64,000 bases of DNA. Origin: Octopus vulgaris (Eukaryota). The notes beneath the pieces were generated by a model. It ran no database searches. It had not been told where the DNA came from and saw nothing but the letters and a program-made list of their open reading frames with translations. The stretch is from contig OX597833.1 of NCBI GenBank assembly GCA_951406725.2, forward strand, positions 13,144,001-13,208,000. The letters are read 5' to 3'. A program made the position numbers and the translations under genes. Positions 37,545-50,804 of the stretch are shown one piece after another. Each line of letters starts with the position of its first letter. Position 1 is the first letter of the stretch.

Positions 37545-37730
37545 ACTACCCACGTGCTGTTGCCGATTTCTTTCCCCTCTCTGGACGTTTTCTTTCTCCT
37601 TTCCGACGAAGAGCTATACTCGAAACGTCAACCTCTCACTTTTAACCGAGCGTCAAGTTAATACATACATTCCCTGTGCACGACCTCTTGTTGTCTGTTA
37701 ATTTTATTATTCGTTTATTTGAACTGACAA
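37545..37730 (+). mobile_element. Penelope-type pLTR remnant with hammerhead motif (37600-37631)
   Basis: CCGACGA-A-GAG-CTATA-CTC-GAAA-CG-TC; related to 44034-44240. Confidence 0.6.
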
Positions 37731-37968
37731 TATGTGTATATATATATATATATAATGTAATTCGAATTTAATTGTAGCCATGAAACGTACGTAGTTTTTT
37801 TACTTATTATATTATATATTGATCATTCATTTTTATACTTTTTGAGATCTAGTTATAAGTTATATGTTTTATAAAAAATATATATATTTTATTTATTATT
37901 TATGTTTTGGTTTAAGTCTATCACAGTTTGAATTGCATAATAGTGGTTTTATCTCTAATTTATATTTT

Positions 37969-38005
<37 letters not shown>

Positions 38006-38037
38006 CACATGCATACATACATATAAATATATATATT

Positions 38038-38421
38038 ACTCTTTTACTTGTGTCAGTCATTTGACTGTGGCCATGCTGGAGCACCGCCTTTAGTCGAGCA
38101 AATCGACCCCAGGACTTATTCTTTGTAAGCCTAGTACTTATTCTATCGGTCTCTTTTTGCCGAACTGCTAAGCTACGGGGATGTAAACACACCAGCATCG
38201 GTTGTCAAGCAATATTGGGGGGACAAACACAGACGCACAAGCGTACACACACACACATATATATACATATATACGACGGGCTTCTTTCAGTTTCCGTCTA
38301 CCAAATCCACTCACAAGGCTTTGGTCGGCCCGAGGCTATAGCAGAAGACACTTGCCCAAGATGCCACGCAGTGGGACTGAACCCGGAACCATGTGGTTAG
38401 TAAGCAAGCTACTTACCACAC
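38038..38421 (-). mobile_element. SINE family A
   Basis: Near full length. Confidence 0.95.
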
Positions 38422-38440
38422 TGCCAATATATACATTTAC

Positions 38441-38483
<43 letters not shown>

Positions 38484-38974
38484 TACACATATATGTATAT
38501 GTACGTGCGTGTGTGTATAGACAAAAAGTTAAATCTTTTTATTGTATACTTATAGCTGTGTGCGTGCGCGTGTGTACGAGTATGCGCACGTATGTGTGTG
38601 TGCGTATGTGTGTGTTTGTGAGTGCTTGTCTAATTATCGGTCTATCTATCTGTCTGCCTGGCTGTCTGTTTGTGCCTAGACCGGAAATCGTTTAAGTGTT
38701 ATTTATCAAAATGACTTATTTTACAAGCCCAGTTTGAACGACGATCTGTCTTCAGTTGCAGGTCGTCCTAACCGAATTAGAAACACGCAGCCGAGTGCCA
38801 GCAAGGGCGGATAATTACTCTAATATTTCAAACGCTTAATATCCAGGCATTTGGTACATAAGAGCTTATTCCTTCCGGCAGAAGCTGGAATTGATGTCAC
38901 CAACATTTACAATTGTCTCTAACATTTAAGATAACAACAAGTTAGAATTTAATGGAAATTAATGACGAATATTG

Positions 38975-39152
38975 GCTGTCGGTTTATGAAGCTTGCTTTG
39001 GTATAACATGGCTTCGGGTTTTTTATCCTATTGTGCAGCACATTAGGTTAGTGCCTTTTGCTATAGCCCCGGGACCGACCAGTGCCCTGTAGGTAAATTT
39101 CAATTTGGCAGACGGAAACTGAAATTTTGCGGTAGTCCATCGTGTGTATGTG

Positions 39153-39249
<97 letters not shown>

Positions 39250-39423
39250 ATCTGTATATATATATATATATATATTTATGTATGTATATATAAAGGCGCA
39301 GGAATGGCTGTATGGTAATTCGCTTGCTTCTCAGCCACATGGTTCCGAATGTTTTCTACTATAGTCTTGGGCCGACCAATGCCTTGTGAGTGGATTTGGT
39401 AGGCGGAAACCGAAAGACGCCCG

Positions 39424-39463
<40 letters not shown>

Positions 39464-39795
39464 TTGTATGTCTGTGTTTGTCCCCTATCCCCATGCTTGA
39501 CAACCGATGTTATGTTTATGTTCCCGTAAATTAGCAGTTCGGCAAAAGTGAACGATAGAATAAATACTAGGCTGCTTACAAAGACTATGTCCGGTGGTAG
39601 ATTTGTTCAACTGAAGGCGGTGCTCCAGCATGGCTGCAATCAAATGACAAACATTATATAATTACACACACACATATATATACATGCATATGTATATATA
39701 CATACATACATACATACATACATATCTTCCGGTGGAAGATTTGTTCAACTGAAGGTGGTGCTCCAGCATGGCTGCAATCAAATGACAAACATTAT
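38975..39795 (+). mobile_element. Diverged family A SINEs (5' half at 38975-39145; copy at 39295-39655; duplicated tail at 39729-39795)
   Basis: Family A motifs; tail segment present twice. Confidence 0.8.
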
Positions 39796-39922
39796 ATACA
39801 TACACACACACATATATATACATGCATACATGCATGCATGCATACATATATACATGCATGCATGCATGCATGCATACATATATACATGCATGCATGCATG
39901 CATGCATACATACATACATACA

Positions 39923-39956
<34 letters not shown>

Positions 39957-40134
39957 CATACACACACACATATATATACATGCATACATGCATGCATGCA
40001 TACATATATATATACATGCATGCATGCATACATATATATATACATGCATGCATGCATACATATATATATATACATGCATGCATGCATACATATATACATG
40101 CATACATGCATACATATATACATGCATACATGCA

Positions 40135-40168
<34 letters not shown>

Positions 40169-40280
40169 CATACATACATATATACATACATACATACATA
40201 CATACATACATACATACACACATATATATACATGCATACATGCATGCATGCATGCATGCATGCATACATACATACATACA

Positions 40281-40341
<61 letters not shown>
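39796..40341. repeat. Compound (CATG)/(CATA)/(TA) microsatellite
   Basis: Direct reading. Confidence 0.95.
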
Positions 40342-40344
<3 letters not shown>

Positions 40345-40998
40345 TATATATGCACCTGCAGGCACACACTTATCTAAAAGTCTTGGCAAAAACATACCTG
40401 ATATAGTTACAATACTTGAAAGATTTTCTTAAAAGTTATTATGTATTGAAAAACTTATAAAAACCGAATGACACGAACGTTACGGAAAATAAATAGATTT
40501 CTTACATTAAAGATGATTTTGGAGAGAAGTGCAGTAACGTTCCATACCAAGAGCAGTTGGTAATTACTTTGCATCATGGGCAACGCCGAGTATTCTGCTA
40601 AACACACACTCACAAACACAAACACACCACCACCACACCACACTCACAAATACACAAATACACGAGCGCTTGGGTAACCAAATTTAAGGAATGGTTTACT
40701 GTTTCTTCCCTTCATTATATATATATATATATATATATGTTTATGTGTACATATATGTGTGTGTGTGTATGTGTGTGTGCGTATATGTGTGTATATGTGT
40801 GTGTATATACATGTGTGTGTGTGTATATATATACGTGTGTGTGTGTGTGTGTGTGTATGTGTGTGTGCGTATATGTGTGTATGTGTGTGTGTGTATATAC
40901 ATGTGTGTGTGTGTATATATATACGTGTGTGTGTGTGTGCGTATATGTGTGTATATGTGTGTGTGTGTATACATGTGTGTGTGTGTCTGTATATATAC

Positions 40999-41039
<41 letters not shown>

Positions 41040-41469
41040 CTTGCATGTGTATCTGTCGATTCTGGAGTTCATCATGTTTTCATCACTCTACCGCAGAAGT
41101 ATTCTTCGGATGTTACAGAGAATGAAGTGTTAATTCGCGTTTAGACCTAAGCACTGTTTCTTGTTATTAGAAGAGTCGCTTACGTCAATGAATGCATAAA
41201 AGTCAAGCTATTAGTCATATCCACAGCTTAGTTTCATTCTAGCGATAAACCAGCGTTAAATTAATCTGGCATGACTGAAATTGAAGATCAGAAGCAGGAT
41301 TGCAGCAGAGGTGAAAATGATTTCAAATTTCGGCACAAGGCCAGCAATTTCGAGGTAGAGATTAAGTCGGTTACATCGACCCCCAGAGCTCAACTGGTGA
41401 TTATTATATCAACCGTGAAAGGATGAAAAGCAAAGTCGACCTCGGTGAGAACGTAAAGGCGCACCAAAC

Positions 41470-41965
41470 GCCAGTATTGACAACCAAGGGAGAATAATCC
41501 ACTGAGAGTTGTGTAGAAAGCTAGGGTTATTTTGAAAGGTAGGATTATGTGGAAAGCAAGAATGTAGGGTCTGCGGAGCTCTACTGAAGTGTAGAGTCTG
41601 TGGAACTGGAAACGAGACAGTGGCACACATTATTGCAGAATGTCCCGGGCTGGCACAGGAAGAATATAAGAAATAGAAGCTTGACCAATGTTTTACACTG
41701 GGAGATTTGTCAGAAACTGGGATTTGAAACAGGAGACGTATGGTGTGAACACTAGGCTGAAAGAGCCCTGATGTCGGAGAATTCTAAGATACTGTGGGAC
41801 TTTCCTATTCAAACGGACATGAAAGCTAGAAAATATTAGACCAGACATAACAATAATAGACAATGAAAAGCAAAGTTGCTTCCCAATTAATCCATCATGT
41901 CCGTGTGATTCTAGGATCGTAAAGGAAGAAGACGAAAAACAAAAAAATAAAATGTACAATCCCTT
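41470..41965 (+). mobile_element. Degraded R4/Dong-like fragment (CCHC + RLE)
   Basis: CRVCGTGNETVAHIIAECPGLAQEEY; KILWDFPIQTD; RPDITIID; preceded by a minus-strand family B SINE piece at 41325-41455. Confidence 0.8.
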
Positions 41966-41968
41966 AAA

Positions 41969-41999
<31 letters not shown>

Positions 42000-42009
42000 C
42001 TCTTTTCTT

Positions 42010-42413
42010 TTACTCTTTTACTTGTTTCAGTCATTTGACTGCGGCCATGCTGGAGCACCGCCTTTAGTCGAGCAAATCGACCTCGGGACTTATTCTTTGT
42101 AAGTCCAGTACTTATTCTATCGGTCTCTTTTGCCGAACCGCTAAGTGACGGGGACGTAAACACACCAGCATCGGTTGTCAAGCAATGCCAGGGGGACAAA
42201 CACAGACACACAAACATATACACAGACACATATATATATATATACATATATACGACAGGCTTCTTTCAGTTTCCGTCTACCAAATCCACTCACAAGGCAT
42301 TGGTCGGCCCGGGGATATAGCAGAAGACACTTGCCCAAGATGCCACGCAGTGGGACTGAACCCGGAACCATGTGGTTGGTTAGCAAGCTACTTACCACAC
42401 AGCCACTCCTGCG
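42010..42413 (-). mobile_element. SINE family A, full length
   Basis: As above. Confidence 0.95.
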
Positions 42414-42685
42414 ATATATAAGTATATGTTTATATGTATGTATGTATGTATGTATGTATACGATCAGAACACTTTATTTCTCGTTGCTCCAGTTCACCCA
42501 GCTGTAGAAATGAGTTGCGCACGTCACATACATACATACATACATACGTACAAACGGAAGTATATACATAGATGCATATTTTTCACACTCACTGACACAT
42601 TCACACACACACACACACACACACACAAATGATTTTATATATATCGTCATCCAAATCAAATTTGAACGTGTATATATATATATAT

Positions 42686-43711
42686 GATTTTTTGATTTTT
42701 GATTTTTCCAGTTTCAGCTAATGAGATGTGGCCATGCTGGGGCACCGCCATTTGGTTTGCTACATGATTTAACCTCACGAATGCTTTTTAGCAACTGCCA
42801 TTTGGCGCATGAGAGAGTTCGATGCAGCTGCCCTCATCTGCACCTCCTGTCGTGAAGTTGGTTCATCCGGGACACCTGACAGGAAGAGATCCAGTCCTAC
42901 TTTAAAGACATCCGCATCTACACCTTGCAGGTCCCTCAGGTTCTTCGGGAGGACATTGAAGAGCTGTGGGCCTCTAAAGCCCAGGCTATCACAGTATCTT
43001 GTCCTACATCTTGATGGCAAATTTGGAGTCCTTGCTACTACACAGTGGCACCCGGTTCTGGCATTTGTGTGACTCTCGATGCCAAAGTTTGGGACAAGTC
43101 CTTCCAGGATCTTCCAGATATATATTATGGCATATCTTTCTCGCCTACGCTCCAGGGAATAGAGCTTTAATCTCTTGAGTCTTTCCCAGTAGCTTATATG
43201 CTGCACAGAGGCTATCTTCTTCGTGTAGCTTCGTTGGATCGCCTCAAGTTCTGTGATCAACTTGACACTGGATGGTGACCATAGCTGACAGCAATAGTCA
43301 AAGTGGCTCAGGAGAAGTGTCTTCCAGAGGACCATCATGGTTTCTTGTTCTAAAGGTTCTAAGAATCCAGCCAGCCAGCCGTCTACATTTCATTGCCAGT
43401 TTAGCAACATGTACATGAAAGGTCGTGTCATCACTCATGTGAATACCCAGGTCACGCACTGATTGTGCCTCTGGGATTGCAATCCCTCCGGGTCCAGTGT
43501 ATTCATTGGGTATTGCATTCAGTTTTGCATGCTGATAGCATAAAGCTTGAAACTTTTCAGCATTGAACTGCATGCTATTCTTTTCAGCCCACTTGTATAT
43601 TTTGTCCAGCTCACATTGCAGGTGCTTAGTGTCTTCAGGGTTCTGTATTGCCTGTGAAACTTTTGTATCATCTGCATAACTTGTGATCGTGGCTCTCTGC
43701 GTGGCTGAGGG
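42686..43711 (-). mobile_element. CR1-group LINE, 5'-truncated RT C-terminus with intact 3' end and (AAAAATC)n tail
   Basis: YADDTK; WAEKNSMQFNAEKFQ; RDLGI; HFDYCCQLWSP; SYWERLKRLKLYSLERRRERY; GPQLFNVLP. Confidence 0.92.
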
Positions 43712-43782
43712 CGAACATATATATATATATGAAAAAACAAGTCAAGATAGAAAATGCTAAAATAATTTTATAAAGAACATTT

Positions 43783-43819
43783 CAGTACCGGTTTCAGTCA
43801 TTTGAGACCTTTTCAACTG
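43783..43819 (-). ncRNA. Minimal type I hammerhead motif, U3-A8 core variant
   Basis: cag-TTGAAAA-GGTC-TCAAAT-GACT-GAAA-CCGG-TA-ctg. Confidence 0.65.
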
Positions 43820-43962
43820 TAACAATTAAATAATTAAATTTTGAAAAATTAAAAGAAAAGTTCTTTTTTAAAGAATATTTGTATAGTGTTCAAATATAAG
43901 AGGCATTTTCCTTGTTTCTGCCTTTCTCTGTCTCTCTTGTTTACACTTGTGGATTCGAGGTC

Positions 43963-44033
<71 letters not shown>

Positions 44034-44099
44034 ACCGCGTGTGTATCGTTGGCGATTTTTCCCTCCGTCTTCCCTTCACTGGATCTTTCCTTTTCTTAT

Positions 44100-44134
44100 G
44101 TTTCTGACGAAGAGCTCCGCTCGAAACGTTAAAT
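44100..44134 (+). ncRNA. Minimal type I hammerhead motif, canonical core, in a pLTR-like island (44034-44240)
   Basis: gttt-CTGACGA-A-GAGC-TCC-GCTC-GAAA-CG-TT-aaat. Confidence 0.75.
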
Positions 44135-44235
44135 CCTCCTTCTTTCTTTCCTTTCTTGAGCGTTCAATAATACTATACTTGTTCCACGTCCTCGCGTTGT
44201 TGTGTTTTCTCTTTGTGTTTTCATGTTTGGATTAA

Positions 44236-44290
<55 letters not shown>

Positions 44291-44322
44291 AATTTGTGTT
44301 TATTTAGCTGCAAGAGTATGTG

Positions 44323-44360
<38 letters not shown>

Positions 44361-44521
44361 ACTTTCATGATATATATATACATAGATAAACAGACACTGG
44401 TATGTGTGTGTGAATGTGCATGTGTGTATATACATACGTGTGATTATATATCTATTTCTTGACCTACAAACAACACATTATGCACGTGTGAGCATATACA
44501 TACATATATATTCAAACATAC

Positions 44522-44578
<57 letters not shown>

Positions 44579-44613
44579 GATATATGTGTGTGTGTGTATA
44601 TATCTGTGTGTAT

Positions 44614-44670
<57 letters not shown>

Positions 44671-44734
44671 AAGGTGGTCAGGGTATGCATACATACGAAT
44701 ACACATGTTAATATATGTAATTGCTTATATACAT

Positions 44735-44767
<33 letters not shown>

Positions 44768-44813
44768 CACACAAATACATATATACACACACATATACAT
44801 ATATACATATACA

Positions 44814-44846
<33 letters not shown>

Positions 44847-45114
44847 GTGTGTATGTATGTATATAGGCCATGACACATTGACTTAAATTCCAGGGTGTGT
44901 GCAAATTAAGGGCGTTTTCTCGTCTATCATTCGTTCCATTGTTTCTGCTTCATATCCCCGTCTTCCTCCTCCTCCTCCTCCTCCTCTTCTTACTTCGTAT
45001 TATTCTTTTATTGTTGTTTTTTAACGTATGATGGAGTTAAATGAACTAGATATGGATGCACTGGATTAAGGGGTTCAAATTCCATACCGTATTCTTTTAT
45101 TCTATTATTCTATT

Positions 45115-45760
45115 ATTTGCTTCGGTCTTTTGAATGTGGCCATGCTGGAGCACCGCCTTTAGTCGAAACAAATCGACCCCAAGACTTATTCTTTGCTAGC
45201 CTAGTACTTATTCTATCGGTCTTTGGGTGAACCGCTAAGTTATGGGAACGTAAACATTCCAACATCGGTTGTCAAGTGATGGTGGGTGGGTGGGAGACAA
45301 ACACACACACAGACAAACACACACACATATACGACAGGCTTTTTTCAGTTTCCGTCGACCAAATCCACTCACAAGGCTTTGGTCGACCCGAGGCTATAGT
45401 AGAAGACACTTGCTCAAGGTTCTACACAGTGGGACTGAACCCGGAACCGTGTAGTTGTGAAGCAAGTTTCTTATCACACAGCCACTTCTGCGCCTCAAGA
45501 AATTTTGGAGAATGGAACAGGTCGATTATATCGACTCCAAATTTCACTGGTACTTAATTTTTCGACCCCGAAAAAAAATACAACAAAAAAAAAGTCGACC
45601 TCGGCGGAATTTGAAGTCAGAAGATAGCGAGGGACAAAATTACACCCAGAATGCTAACGATTCTTATTTCTTTACTACCCGCAAGGGGCTAAACACAGAG
45701 GGGACAAACAAGGACAGACAAAGGTATTAAGTCGATTACATCGACCCCAGTGCGTAACTG
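45115..45760 (-). mobile_element. SINE family A (45115-45495) followed by family B fragments
   Basis: Family motifs. Confidence 0.85.
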
Positions 45761-45980
45761 AGCCCGGAACCATTATGTACTATGGACTCCATTATCTTAA
45801 GCGGCCCCGACCACAAAAAAAAAAATGACAGAGAGAAAGACAGAGTAAGATGTGATCATGAGGAAATTTAGCTACTATATCTGGCAAGCTGGAGAGTTTA
45901 GAGGTGGTGGTGTTGCTGTCGCGGGTAGCGATGGTCGTGTTTGTAATATTGTTGGTGCTGTTGTTGTTGTTGTTGTTGTT

Positions 45981-46510
45981 GCTTCGTCCCAGAGATCGCG
46001 AGATGGGAGAAATCCGAAACATGGTCCTTTGCTATTCGTAAGACCCGCAGAAGAGAAACCAGGTCAACCACCGACACCGAGAGCATCGACAGATGGATGA
46101 ATACGCATCCAGGGCCCAGCGGTTGCGTAGGAAGTCGGGGACAGGAAACAGGAAGAAAGAATGAAAGAAAGTTGGAGCGAACGGTCTTAGGAGGGAAGAC
46201 AGACACTGAGGACCCCTAATTTTTCGTCAGTTATCAACCGAATGGTAAGACAGTTTCGCACCATTAATGATAAGACCAAGGGATTCCCATATTGGCAGTG
46301 CCTGCGAAAGTCGCAGAGAATGTAGAGGCTGAAGTAAACAAAACAAAAATAAAAGTACAACAGGGGTCGCCACCACCCACTGCCGGAGGATCGTGGAGCT
46401 TTAGGTGTTTTCGCTCAATAAACACTCACAACGCTCAGTCTGGGAATCGAAACCGCGATCTTCTGACCGCGAGATCCGCTGCCCTAACCACTGGGCCATT
46501 GCGCCTCCAC
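45981..46510 (-). mobile_element. SINE family C alternative-tail variant with a nested ~170 bp insertion (46182-46350)
   Basis: Colinear with 18505-19054 except for the insert, which matches 52015-52170. Confidence 0.85.
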
Positions 46511-46820
46511 TTATTGGTGTTGTCTCTATGGTTCATTTCGGAAAGTAGTATTGGAGAGCGCGATGGTGGTCGTCGTCATTGTTGCGGCGGCAGTGGTAAT
46601 AGATGGGGTGGTGGTGGTGGTGGTGGTGGTGGTGGTGGTGGTGGTGGTGGTGGTGGTGGTGGTGGTGGTGGTGGAGGTGGTGGTAAATAGTGGTGGTGGT
46701 TGTGGTAGTGGTGGGGACAATAGCACTGGTATGTACTGTTAATACAAATTTACGACATAACATTGCTCAGGGACGAGATTCTTTTTCAAAACAAACACAC
46801 ACACACACATACATATACAG

Positions 46821-46854
<34 letters not shown>

Positions 46855-47059
46855 CTACCACCACAACCACATCACACACTACACAAACCATATTAATGTC
46901 AAAAGAAACAACACACGAACGTGTTTCCCTTTCTTTAACAGATTATTACACAAAAGAAGATGTGGTATTTGAAACGCTGACCTAATATACATACATGTAC
47001 GCATGTATGAATATACACACACACACATATACATACATATGTATAGATAGATACATGCA

Positions 47060-47170
47060 TAAATACATACACACATATATAAACCTAAATGTATATGTAT
47101 ATATATATATATATACACACACACATATATGTATGTATACACACATAGTCATACACATATATAAACCTAA

Positions 47171-47219
<49 letters not shown>

Positions 47220-47416
47220 CATGTATGTATACACACACAGTCATGCACTCATATATAAACCTCAATGTATATATATATTTATACACACACACATACATGT
47301 ATGTATACACACACAGTCATACACTTATATATAAACCTTAATGTGTATATATATACACACACACACACATGTATGTATGTATACACACAAAGTCATACAC
47401 TCATATATAAACCTAA

Positions 47417-47456
<40 letters not shown>

Positions 47457-47760
47457 ATGTATGTATACACACACAGTCATGCACTCATATATAAACCTCA
47501 ATGTATATATATATTTATACACACACACATACATGTATGTATACACACACAGTCATACACTTATATATAAACCTAAATGTGTATATATACACACACACAC
47601 ACATGTATGTATGTATACACACAAAGTCATACACTCATATATAAACCTCAATGTATATATATATATATATTTATACACACACACATACATGTATGTATAC
47701 ACACACAGTCATGCACTCATATATAAACCTAAATGTATATATATATACACACACACATGT
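47060..47760. repeat. Higher-order minisatellite ATATAAACCT(A/C)AATGT(AT)n(AC)n..GTATGTATACACACA.AGTCAT
   Basis: About ten or more variable-length units. Confidence 0.9.
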
Positions 47761-47787
47761 ATGTATGTATGTATGTATGTATGTATG

Positions 47788-47830
<43 letters not shown>

Positions 47831-48037
47831 CATACTAACACATGCAAGCACATTAACCATTCTAATATCTTTGATTTCATTTCAGATGAGAATCTTAGCA
47901 TTTCCCAGGATTCTTTTATTTATTCTACAGAGTTTTAGAATTTTGCTGACGACAGCAGTTTATTTTTGTATTCAATTTCATTGTTTGGCCTATTTTTGCA
48001 TAAAAGGAGTCTCATTTATTTTGTATGTCGTTACCTC

Positions 48038-48084
<47 letters not shown>

Positions 48085-48129
48085 ATCTATCCATCCATCC
48101 ATCCATCTATCTATCTATCTATCTTTCTT

Positions 48130-48176
<47 letters not shown>

Positions 48177-48254
48177 ATCTATCTATCTAGTCAGTTAAGT
48201 GTTTACATACACATATATACGAATTGGTATGTATGTATGTATGTATGTATGTAT

Positions 48255-48735
48255 GTCGCCATGATAGATCGTTAGCCACTAGACACATTTTTTTCTCTCC
48301 TTATTTTCTGTGTCCCTTTCAGTAGAAGAGCGTAGGCTCGAAACGTAAAAGACTTTTTCTATTCCTGCGCGTTATACTAATACATCTGTTTGTTTTGTAC
48401 ACCACCTGTCTTCGTCTTTTATTTTGTACACCACCTGTCTTCGTCTTTTGTTTTTTTTCGTGAACTCTCCCTATGTCTGTATGTATGTATGTATATACGT
48501 ATGTATGTATGTATGTAAGTATGTATGTAAGTATGTATGTCACCATGATGGATCGGTAGCCACTACACACATTTTTTTCTCTCCTTGTTTTTTCTGTGTT
48601 CCTTTCTGTAGAAGAGCGTAGGCTCGAAACGTAAAATACTTTTTCAATTCCTGAGCGTTATACTAATACATCTGTTTGTTTTCTACACCACCTGTCTTCG
48701 TCTTTTGTTTTTTTTTTTCGTGAACTCTCCCTATG
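48255..48735 (+). mobile_element. Two tandem Penelope-type pLTR units, each with a hammerhead motif
   Basis: Cores at 48320 (CAGTAGA) and 48606 (CTGTAGA), both followed by AGAGCGTAGGCTCGAAACGTA. Confidence 0.85.
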
Positions 48736-49029
48736 TCTGTATGTATGTAGTATGTATATGATAGTCTTTTCCGATGAAGACGACGTACGTATGTTGAGCC
48801 TTTGCCGAACGACCTACACAAATGACTTGTTTATTGTAATCAATCACGCTCTTCATTTTATCGATATTGCTGGAACAGGTTCGCAGAGTACCACGCATAA
48901 GATATTGAAGTGATTACAGAGCAGCGTGAGATGAAGTGTTTTACTTAACAACACAATGCATCACCCGGTCTAGTAATTGAAACCGCGATCCCGCAATCGT
49001 GAGAACAACACCCTAATAACTAGGCCTAT

Positions 49030-49395
49030 ACTCTTTACTCTTTCACTTGCTTCAGTCATCCGACTGCGGCAATGCTGGAGCACCACCTTTAGTCGAGCAA
49101 ATCGCCCCCAGGACATATTCTTTGTAAGCCTAGTACTTATTCTATCGGTCACTTATGCCGAACCGCTAAGTTACGAGGACGTGGACACACCACCATCGGT
49201 TGTCAAGTGATGTTGTGGGGGTGGGGTGGGCAAACACAGACACACAAACACACATATATATACGATGGGCTTCTTTCAGTTTCCATCTACCAAATCTACT
49301 CACAAGACTTTAGTCAGCCCGAGGCTATAGAAGACATTTGCCCAAGGTGCCACGCAGTGGGAATGAATCCGAAACCATGTGGTTGGTAAGCAAGG
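49030..49395 (-). mobile_element. SINE family A, diverged; another tRNA-like SINE lies at about 48800-49026 (minus)
   Basis: Family motifs; GGTTTCAATTACTAGACCGGG B-box-like segment. Confidence 0.8.
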
Positions 49396-49674
49396 TACTT
49401 ATATATATTTCTCTTTTTCTCTCTCTTGTTGTTCACACGTAATCATAGTCCATCTTTCCTTTCTTCACGTGATCATCTTTCTTTTCCTTCAGGTCTCTTC
49501 AAACGACTGGACGCATTCAATCTATATTTTCTCTTTTCAAACTAAATATTTCTCCAGCGTTCGCTATTTTACCCTCGTTCTGGTCTAACGACCTTCCATG
49601 TTTGTTTTCGTTAGGTTTCCTTGTATGTCTCCACTATCCTATTTTTCTTCCCAACTTTGACCCTCCACAAATCT

Positions 49675-49728
<54 letters not shown>

Positions 49729-49779
49729 CATACATACATATATACATACATATATTTATATATATACATATAGACCCAC

Positions 49780-50295
49780 ACCCCACATGGGCTTTCCCCA
49801 CTCTCGCCCCCACCTCCCCACAACATCACACCACACTACACTACACCATACGACATTACACATCACATCACAACACACCACCCACACACCCATCCCCATA
49901 TCTCCACACCCACACATACATCCATAGACACGTCCAGACCACCAGCCCTCTTTCACACGCACATACATACTCTCTTATACACACACGCACCTTCGTGTTG
50001 GGGCCACCTTCGTTTTGGAAGTCACTTGACCCTGTTATCTCCCCTACTATCCCTCTAGCGTCTAACGTCTGACCTCCGACCTCTGCCTGAAGTCAGAACG
50101 CCATTATAGACCGTTAGCTCCTACACGCATTTTTTTCTCTCCTTGTTTCTTTTCTGTGTATTTTTCTGTCGAAGAGCGTAGGCTCGAAACATAAAAGACT
50201 TGTTCTATTTCTATTCCTGAGCGCCATACTAATACATTTGTTTGTTTGTACTCCACCTGCCTTCGTCTTTTGTTTATTTTCGTAAACTTTCCCGT

Positions 50296-50297
<2 letters not shown>
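49780..50297 (+). mobile_element. Penelope-like 3' region and pLTR with hammerhead motif (50161-50198)
   Basis: Reverse-complement homology to 14557-15270; ends CTTTCCCGTTATA. Confidence 0.85.
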
Positions 50298-50333
<36 letters not shown>

Positions 50334-50804
50334 CACACACAGACATGTGTGTGTAAGTACGTATGTCACCCTCAAGTACTACCACCCAACCACTACCGTC
50401 ACCTACCATATGAAATGGAAGCTTTCTACATCACTACGTTAAATACTGACTACACGACACTACACCACCAACACCAACACCAACACCACCAACACCACCA
50501 ACAACAACAACAACGAGCAACAACAGCATCCTTTTAGATGATACAGATTTTTATACGATTGCTTGATATGCTAGAAATAGCAGTCATAAGAGCTGTACAT
50601 TAGATAATGCGGGATAAGAGGACATTTGGTGCTGTGGGTTAAAAATACTCTTGATAATACGGGAGGGTCATGGCCAGAATGCTTTGGCCATGGTCTAATT
50701 TAGGTCTGACATGACGGTTGAACATCATCATCATCAGCAGCAGCAGCAACACGCTAATTAACACAGCAGCGGGGTCACCAGCACCCTTCAGCCTTTTCAC
50801 TATC

